In this document: positions 10,671-17,292 of the stretch, piece after piece | Layout: every line of letters begins with the position of its first letter | Numbering within the stretch: position 1 is the first letter of the stretch | From: Octopus sinensis | Lineage: Eukaryota | Direction: 5' to 3' | Length of the DNA stretch: 17,292 nt | NCBI RefSeq assembly: GCF_006345805.1 | Contig: NW_021824877.1 | Coordinates: 1 to 17,292, forward strand | Translations under genes and position numbers: made by a program | Notes under the pieces: model-generated | Database searches by the model: none | Seen by the model: only the letters and a program-made list of their open reading frames with translations | What the model was told of the DNA's origin: nothing

Positions 10671-10838
10671 ACACACACATACATACATACATATATGCTT
10701 TCGTCTACCAAATCCACTCAAGGCTTTCGTCGTCCCGGGGTTACAGGTAGGAGACACCGATGCCCAAGGTATCACGCAGTGAGACTGAACTCGGAACCAT
10801 GTTGTTGGGAAGCAACCTTCTTACCACTCTGCCATGCC
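10489..10838 (-). mobile_element. CORE-like SINE, near full length, with internal (CA)n microsatellite
   Basis: The head at 10695-10838 is homologous to 8415-8570. Internal (CA)n at 10610-10690, followed by a tail homologous to 2470-2510. Confidence 0.8.
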
Positions 10839-10967
10839 TGGGTCTACGTACAGCTACATTATGTAATCTGTCCCGACCTTATATCTGACAGCAGAAAGGG
10901 ATTTCAAGGAAATTTAGTTGCTATTTCTTAAAGGCCCACCCAAGGACTTCCTGCCTGACTCACTGAC

Positions 10968-11082
10968 GGTTGTGGTGGTGGTTGTGGCGGCGGTGGTGGT
11001 GATGGTGGTGGTGGTGGTGGCGGTGGTGGTGGTGGTGGTGGTGGTGGTGGTGGTTGCAGTCATCGCTGTTGTCGTCGTCGTC
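10968..11082. repeat. (GGT)n/(GTC)n trinucleotide repeat
   Basis: Direct reading of the sequence. Confidence 0.9.
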
Positions 11083-11426
11083 TTTGTCAGAGGATTTAGA
11101 CTAAGTGAAGAAACAAACAGATACACGTAGACAGAGGATGTTTTTTTTTTTAAAGCGACCAGCTTTAGTACCCCCAATACCTTAGCTTTCTACCTACCTA
11201 TCTCCACCCACCAACTTTTTTTTTTACTCTCAAAGATTAAAGAGTCTGACACCGCTTAGCCACCTTTCTACCACCAATTCATTTGCAGTACCTACTTAAC
11301 CCACCTAATTATCAATTGTGCCACCCACTGGTCTCTCAACTCTACAATTGGCCTTAGACTAAAACATGCATACCTACCTACCCACCTAAAATCCCACACA
11401 CTTACCCACACACCTACCTAGGTAGT

Positions 11427-11433
11427 TAGATAG

Positions 11434-11490
<57 letters not shown>

Positions 11491-11496
11491 CAGATG

Positions 11497-11558
<62 letters not shown>

Positions 11559-11569
11559 CAGACAAATAA

Positions 11570-11624
<55 letters not shown>

Positions 11625-11625
11625 G
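11427..11625. repeat. (GATA)n-(GA)n-(GATA)n-(GACA)n compound microsatellite
   Basis: Direct reading of the sequence. Confidence 0.95.
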
Positions 11626-11950
11626 TGAAAAATACAAATAAAGAAGGGCCAGGAGAGAGGATACAGAAAACTAAATAAAAGAGTACAATTCTAAGAAACG
11701 AAGCCAAATAAGAAAAATAAGGGACGGCAACGAAGCAAGCATGTTTATGAATGAAATTTTAGTAAGGATGGACCCTGTTCCACGACATTATTTTGTTTTC
11801 TTTCTTCTTTTTCTTCTTAATACTCGGTTGAAGATTGTTGAAAACTGCAGCCGCCATTGTACTCACTCGTTGTCGTCATCGTGGTCTTTGTTGTCAGCCA
11901 TTGGTGTTTATTGTTTTGTGTATCACATTGCGTTGTTTTTGTAGCACAAA

Positions 11951-12350
11951 CGGCGGTGGCGGTGATGGTGGTGGCGTTGGTGGGGGCGGTGGGGGCGGTG
12001 ATGGTGGTTGTTGGTGGTGGTGGTGGTGGTGGTGGTGGTGGAGGCAATGGTGGCGTTGGTGGTGGAGCTGACAATGGTGGTGGCGTTGGTGGGGGTGGTT
12101 GGGGCGGTGGCGTTGGTGGTGGCGGTGGTGGTGGTGATGGTGGTGGCGTTGTTAGCGGTGGGGGAGGTGGGGGCGGAGATGGTGGTGGTGGGGGCGGTGG
12201 GGGCGGTGGGGGCGGTGGTGGTGGTGGTGGTGTGGCGTTGGTGGTGGAGCTGACAATGGTGGTGCTGGTGGTGGTGGTGATGGTGGTGGTGGTGCTGGTG
12301 GTGGCAGTGGTTGGTGGTGGTGGTTGGTGGTGGTGCTTGGCGGTGGTTAG
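11951..12350. repeat. degenerate (GGT)n G-rich low-complexity tract
   Basis: GGT/GGC/GGG triplets, with an internal duplication of gtggcgttggtggtggagctgacaatggtggtg (about 12049-12082 and 12231-12263). Confidence 0.9.
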
Positions 12351-12493
12351 TGGGATGGGTGTTCAAATCCCTTTCTCCGTCTTTTTTCATCCCCACAGTC
12401 AATTTTCTTCTCCTCTGCTGGTCAGGCGACATAATTATGTGCTTGTCATTTAAGTCTCACCCCCAAATCTATTGAGAATTAAATTATGTACCT

Positions 12494-12834
12494 GTGCGTG
12501 CATTCCCGAGTGTGCGTGTGTGTTTATGTGTATGTGTGTGTGAGTGTATGAGTGTGTGTGTGTGTGTGTGTGAGCGGGCATGCACGTGTGTGTGATACGT
12601 GCGTGTGGTCTGATATATATGTTTTCCTTTATTTTTTCCTTCTTCATTTCCTTCTGCACTAAAGCACTTATCCGGATATAAAACAATTTATCAGGTGTGT
12701 ACATGTACGATTGTGTGCGTGTGTGTGCGTGTGTGTGTGTGAGTGTGTGTGTGTGTGTGCGTGTGTTGTTGTGTGTGTGTGTGTGTGCGTGTGTGCGTGT
12801 GTGTGTGTGTGTGTGTGGTGTGTGTGCGTGTGTG
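12494..12834. repeat. two imperfect (GT)n tracts
   Basis: About 12494-12606 and 12712-12834. Confidence 0.85.
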
Positions 12835-13074
12835 TTCTCTTTTTTTCATTTTGAATAAATTTTGGCCGACCACCAACTTGATAGCAACGATGTGAAAGAA
12901 AACATCTTAAAGTGATAGTATGTTGTCAACATAATGTGACAGTCCCATAAAAGGGAAGAATGCTACTGTTATTTAGCCCTAGGAAACACCGTTTCCTGTT
13001 GGACTTGACACATTTCCTGCGTCCTTATGTTTTCAAAGTGGAGATTAGCACCTCCACACAGCAAAGCCAACATT

Positions 13075-13113
13075 CAGAGAATAGTTTCAGAGTCATTTCT
13101 CATCATCAGTCTG
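13075..13113 (-). ncRNA. minimal type I hammerhead ribozyme motif, probably mutated in stem III
   Basis: Minus strand: CAGA-CUGAUGA-U-GAG-AAAUGA-CUC-U-GAAA-CUA-UUC-UCUG. 4-bp stem I and 3-bp stem II. ACUAUU is one change from the palindrome ACUAGU followed by C (GUC site). Confidence 0.65.
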
Positions 13114-13177
13114 GTGTAGCATGGCTTGCTAGCTGTCGAGGCCTATCCGTCTTTGAAAGTATATATTTCAAGTGAAA

Positions 13178-13467
13178 TTGTTTGTTCCCTCTCCAGCCAT
13201 GCCTGTCTCATAAGGGCCAGTTTCCCGGTTTCCTTGGCGTATAGGCTCCCCACCTAGATAGGACGCCGGTCCTTCAAAGGTGAGCTGCAAGATGCAGGAG
13301 GAAAGAGTGAGAGAAAGTTGTGGCGAAAGAGTCAGCAGAAGTTCGCCATTACCTTCTGCCGGAGCCGCGTGGAGCTTAGGTGTTTCGCTCATAAACACAC
13401 ACATCGCCCGGTTTGAGATTCGAACCCGCGAGTCCGCTGCTCTAACCACTAGGCCATGTGCCTCCAC
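13178..13467 (-). mobile_element. tRNA-derived SINE (V-SINE-like), both ends present, with 11-bp TSD
   Basis: Perfect TTCAAGTGAAA at 13167-13177 and 13468-13478. A box TGGCCTAGTGG (13446-13456), B box GGTTCGAATCT (13416-13426), and a V-domain-like GGACCGGCGTCCTATCTAGG...GAAACCGGGAA. Confidence 0.9.
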
Positions 13468-13692
13468 TTCAAGTGAAACACATTCACTGATTTTTGAAAA
13501 TAGAAATAATATATTTCTACATCTCTCAGCGAGATATATGCAGTAGCAGCACGATAAAGTGATAGTATGTTGTCAACTTAATATGACAGTCCCATGAAAG
13601 GGAAGAATGCTGCTGTTATTTAGCCCTAGGAAACACCGTTTCCTGTTGGCTATGATACATTTCCTGTGTCCTTATATTTTCCAAGAATAAAA

Positions 13693-13739
<47 letters not shown>

Positions 13740-13749
13740 TATTATTATT
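13693..13749. repeat. (ATT)n repeat
   Basis: Direct reading of the sequence. Confidence 0.95.
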
Positions 13750-14059
13750 CACTGCGAAGTGCATAGGACGTGTTTTCAAACGCTCCAGGTTGGTGCAGCT
13801 TAAAACATTTATTTACACCAGTTTGGCGCTTTTTGGTGGTGGGGGTAGGATGGTGGTGGGGCTTGGGGGTAGGGGTGGGGGTGGGGTGGCTGTAACAACA
13901 ACCCGAGAGACAGCACCAGCGGCAGTAGCAGCGATGGCAACAAAAACAACAACAAAAGCAAAGGTGTCAACAACAACAACAACTGCAGTAGCAGCGGCAG
14001 CAACAACAATAACAAAAACGAGAACAATACCAATATTAACAACAAGAACACTTTCACTG

Positions 14060-14622
14060 CAGCAGCAGCCAAAGAGCGGCTACACTTCAGCACAAATCTC
14101 ACAAATAAACATGAAAAGTTGGCCCAGGCTTGGAATCTCATCAAGCAAGAACAAACTTGGGCCAACTTAACTATCCCGGCGGAGACCATCGAAGCAGTGG
14201 AGCGAAGAACGGTGCATTTCAGATGCACCTCAGCAGAAACAAAGAAAACGGTTTAAATTGACCAAGCAGATATTGATGCTGCGCTGAGGTGCATCAGGGA
14301 TGACACCGACTACATAGCAAGGAGCAGACAATACGGCACCATTTCGGTACTGTTTAAGTCAGAATTCTTCGCTATGAAACATTATCGCTCGATTCCTACA
14401 AAAGAATTTGTGAGAGCTTTCCTCAGGACTTGGGAAACCCGAACGTGAAACCCACAGCGAGACTTTCAAACGGGTTCCTCCCCCACCGCCAAAAAAATCA
14501 CACCAATTGTGAAAGCCGAACCACCCGACCTTCACAAGACCCCGGGAGGTAAGTAAACCTTTCGTTTCTCTTATTAGCTTGCCAACATGGCCATATTAAG
14601 AGTAGGAAGTTTAAATGTTAGG
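14060..14622 (+). pseudogene. L1/Tx1-like LINE remnant: degraded ORF1 plus the first 12 codons of the ORF2 AP-endonuclease
   Basis: 14587-14622 encodes MAILRVGSLNVR, the typical APE start (SLNVRG-like). An upstream frame reads IPAETIEAVERRTVHFRC...DIDAALRCIRDDTDYIARSRQYGTISVLFKSEFFA, suggestive of an ORF1 RRM. Confidence 0.55.
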
Positions 14623-14819
14623 AATCCAGATACGAAATACGATTGTTTCGTCATGAGCATCACAAACTCTTCACTTAAATTCTGCTCCGTTTTGTGAGGG
14701 CATTAGTTCGGTCGTTTTTGCGTATAGACTCTATTTCTGGGCAGCAAGAATGATTCCCTCTGTTTCTGCCTTCAGCCCTGAACTCCACAGCAACTGGTGA
14801 GTTTCTGATTGGTCTACAT

Positions 14820-14991
14820 CAGCTTCCTTTGCTGAGATGTTTCTATCAGCGGTTACTGTCATGTCAGTTACCAGGAATGTTTTTTTTTTTAGGTCTTCGA
14901 AGATGAAATCTAATCTACTACCATTTATTTGCCTGTCTTTATGTATCCCGTAATACTATAGGATGGTATTCTCTCCTTTAGTGACTGGCTC
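14820..14991 (-). pseudogene. restriction-like endonuclease fragment of an R4/Dong-type non-LTR retrotransposon
   Basis: Translates to EPVTKGENTIL*YYGIHKDRQINGSRLDFIFEDLKKKTFLVTDMTVTADRNISAKE, a degenerate form of IL(W)D..IHTDR.I.ANRPD...D......IDM.VP.D.N...KE. Confidence 0.72.
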
Positions 14992-15035
14992 TAAATAAAT
15001 GGAGTTAAACGCAGGTGTTCTTCAAGTTCTTTTAC

Positions 15036-15120
15036 CTCCGACATATGTTTCGAAGACAAAATTGGTATTATTCCAAAGGAATAAAATGGTGAAAAACAAT
15101 GTAATCTTCTCATCAGGGAA
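15036..15120 (-). ncRNA. canonical type I hammerhead ribozyme
   Basis: Minus strand: UUCC-CUGAUGA-GAAGAU...GUCUUC-GAAA-C-AUAU-GUC-GGAG. All core bases are present, stem II is closed by G-C, stem III is the palindrome ACAUAUGU, and the predicted cut is between 15040 and 15039. Confidence 0.88.
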
Positions 15121-15404
15121 ATAAATAAAGAAACCAAACTCATCAATAAGACATTTTAACAGAATCTGATGGATGTGCATAATGATAAACGGAACGCTAT
15201 TAAGTTTTTAAAAAAAACTGTTAGAAGATATAACGTCAAAAGTAGCCTGTGGAAAGAGGTGGGGTAAAGTAAAGAAATAAGCAGAAAACTAATAAAAGAG
15301 AAATATAGAGCGATATGCGAATTAAAATAAAAGCTTAAAGGCTTGGAAAAAGATATATCTAGTGGAAGTGAAATGAATGTTCAAATTATATATAATGGTA
15401 GATA

Positions 15405-15683
15405 TCACTTATGTGAACTAAAGGTATGTTTCTGCCAATGATTACATCGATAAGCACGCTCTAGAACCGTGTTTACAAGGGGATTCTTATAAAATAGAAT
15501 AGAAAATAGTTCACTATTACAGAGTTGGCAAAATTCTTTGCCTTTATCATATGGGAATGAAATGGAGAAAATCAACCAATCTAAATTAAATTGTTTATTA
15601 TGGTCTTTTAGATAGCAAATTAATTTACTAAACTCTGTATTGTTGCGTTTATTACTATCCCTAAATTTAGAGTAATGTTGCAT
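15405..15683 (-). pseudogene. Penelope-like GIY-YIG endonuclease C-terminal fragment (Naiad-like CxxC...CxH end)
   Basis: H..KFR....RN.TEFSKLI..LKD.N..F...W.I.....PY......CQLC..E...IL......N........CNH, matching the C-terminal half of PLE endonucleases from recall. Confidence 0.78.
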
Positions 15684-16180
15684 ATTACACGATTTTTTTG
15701 TTTTTGGTTTTTTTGGTTCTCGTGTCGGAGTAACCAGTCAACATCGAAGAATCAACACCAAGAAGGAAGAAATATTTACATATTCGTTCGCCCGACATCG
15801 ATATTTTAGCCGCAGGGCCAAATTTGGGGGGGGGGGAATTTTTGGTTTATACACATAAAAAGCGCACCGGTGTTTAAAAGACCAATAGAGCTACGAGTCG
15901 GCAGCTAGCCTTTTTGTTGTTGACATGTATGTAGTTTCAAAATGCCTTATTTTACAACTATGAGATGTATTGTTATTGATAATGATTTTATCTTACTATA
16001 ATCAACAACAAACACATTTCGTCAGTACAAAAGTCTTTATTATATTAAGAATAACATTATCAAAACATGAAGGTAAAACAAATATGCTTTGTTTTCTTCT
16101 AGGCACCAATGTACTGTAGCAGTAGTCTTTCACGTTGTTCCCTAATTGACTTGCCACAGAAAAAAATCAGTCGAATCAGT

Positions 16181-16245
16181 CATGATAATAATTTTCATAA
16201 GGATAAATACGAGCATCATAATAATAATTTTCATAAGGGTAAATA
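16181..16245. repeat. 29-bp direct repeat, 36-bp period
   Basis: catgataataattttcataaggataaata (16181-16209) versus cataataataattttcataagggtaaata (16217-16245). Confidence 0.85.
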
Positions 16246-16679
16246 TGTATATCCGAAATTATTCTCTGCTATTTCCTTTATCAAGTCCTCTGTAATGATA
16301 ACTTTTTGTTTATACTTCTTACACTGAGGAGAACAGTGATATATAATTAATTTACTTTAACCAAATGAATTCAAATTATTCTACCATGAATTTGCATATT
16401 TTAATATCGCTGTTTGAAACGGTCATATGCAGGAATTAAAATTCTTTCAAATTTTAACATCTTCTCTTCTTCATTTTTAACAAATTTGTTGAGTTTTATG
16501 GGATACCTTTCCCTAAATTCACATAACATACCATATATATATATACATATATTAAATTAGAGATAAAACCACTATTAGGCAAATTATACAATGAAAAACT
16601 TAAGCCAATACATAAGATTAATTAATTCATATTATTTTAAATATATATCAAAATTATTAAAAAAAGATAATGAGTATAA

Positions 16680-16742
16680 CACTACGATCGTTTCATGGTT
16701 GTCCAATTCGTACAAATTCGAGCTACAGTCAATCTTCAGGTG
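16680..16742 (-). ncRNA. type I hammerhead ribozyme motif, related to 8696-8782
   Basis: Minus strand: CAC-CUGAAGA-UUGACUGU...ACAACCAU-GAAA-C-GAUC-GUA-GUG. Shares the 15-mer TACGATCGTTTCATG with 8701-8715. 3-bp stem I, imperfect stem II. Confidence 0.72.
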
Positions 16743-16762
16743 ATTGAAATATTTATCTTAGC

Positions 16763-16801
<39 letters not shown>

Positions 16802-16896
16802 TAGTCAATCTAAACAAAGAACAAGCAAGAAAAAACAACGCGAAGACGTGGTAAGTACTGTTTACTGGACGCTCAGAGAGGAAAGAAAAGAAAGAG

Positions 16897-16930
16897 ATTT
16901 CACGTTCCGAGCGAAGCTCTTCATCAGAAT
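16897..16930 (-). ncRNA. degenerate minimal hammerhead motif, likely inactive
   Basis: Minus strand: AUU-CUGAUGA-A-GAGC-UUC-GCUC-GGAA-C-GUG-AAAU. GAAA is changed to GGAA and the triplet is GUG. ACGU palindrome present. Confidence 0.55.
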
Positions 16931-17052
16931 ATAGAAAAAATCCAAAGAATGGAAGCCGGAGAAAAAATCGCCAACGATACACACGCGGTCACAGATTGAA
17001 ATATATATGTGTTTATATATATATATATATAATTATATATATATATATATAT

Positions 17053-17292
17053 ATTATATATAAACGGCAGTTTGTCTGTGTTGTGTGTCTGTGTGTCTGT
17101 TAGGTTGTACCCTCACCCTGACCATGGCTTTCAACCGATTCTGATGAACTTGACACACACATAGCCCAATGTCATAATTCAAAACTAACGCAGCGAAAAT
17201 TTTGAAAAGTCCCCCATTCTGAAAAGATCGATAAATTCGACATGGGTCGACAATCAGAAACACAAACCACAGATGGTCTAGGGGGACGCAAA
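17053..17292 (+). mobile_element. probable non-autonomous Helitron 5' end, running off the window
   Basis: TATATATAAAC start, (GTCT/GT)-rich stretch, then GGCTTTCAACCGATTCTGATGAACTTG, resembling the 'ggct.aaccgatt.tgatgaaa.ttg' motif of invertebrate Helitron 5' ends from recall. The diagnostic 5' TC is obscured by (TA)n. Confidence 0.5.

Larger units (their letters stand above)
12909..13685 (-). repeat. tandem unit of ~346 bp (about 1.4 copies) containing a hammerhead motif; retrozyme-like
   Basis: 130-bp direct repeats at 12909-13038 and 13556-13685, offset 647 bp. Subtracting the 290-bp SINE and one 11-bp TSD gives a 346-bp period. Confidence 0.8.
15000..15690 (-). mobile_element. 5'-truncated Penelope-like element 3' end (endonuclease C-terminus plus 3' UTR/pLTR with hammerhead)
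   Basis: GIY-YIG C-terminal ORF followed about 285 nt downstream by a same-strand canonical HHR. Boundaries are approximate. Confidence 0.78.

Noticed and set aside
11857-12453. 198-aa Gly/Val-rich ORF and the antisense His/Thr-rich ORF, superficially like cephalopod structural proteins
   Set aside because: (GGT)n keeps most frames on both strands open. No domain or splice evidence.
13410-13467. tRNA gene
   Set aside because: A/B boxes only, no full cloverleaf. It is a SINE head bounded by TSDs.
12909-13685. LTR pair or CRISPR-like array
   Set aside because: No TG...CA ends, primer-binding site or polypurine tract. Only two long repeats, in a eukaryotic context with no cas genes.
15885-15910. 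Possible Helitron 3' end (CTAG)
   Set aside because: No convincing GC-rich hairpin, and CTAG is followed by C rather than T.
16014-16028. Minus-strand CUGACGAAAUG
   Set aside because: The two core halves overlap with no stem II, so it cannot form a hammerhead.
17141-17200. Plus-strand CUGAUGA
   Set aside because: No paired stem II or properly placed GAAAC. It is part of the Helitron-like 5' motif.

Overview
Repeat-dense, AT-rich animal DNA. The SINE families and microsatellite load suggest an octopus or other coleoid cephalopod (inference). No host gene is supportable, and most tracked ORFs are microsatellite artefacts. The window is a mosaic of decayed mobile elements: an internally deleted mariner with both TIRs (1566-2380), a Chapaev3-type transposon (6246-~8390), an IR/DR Tc1 element (9000-10334) interrupted by a Tc2/pogo-like end, two R4/Dong-type non-LTR fragments, an L1/Tx1-like ORF1-ORF2 junction, a Penelope-like GIY-YIG 3' end, a probable Helitron 5' end, and three tRNA-derived SINE families. 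The main hidden signal is five type I hammerhead-ribozyme (HHR) motifs, all on the minus strand (8696-8782, 13075-13113, 15036-15120, 16680-16742, 16897-16930). All have tiny, (near-)palindromic stem III; three have long stem II and three have a U.U at the base of stem II. One is canonical and lies 3' of the Penelope endonuclease. Another lies inside a ~346-bp tandem unit masked by a SINE insertion, an architecture resembling a circRNA-producing non-LTR retrozyme.
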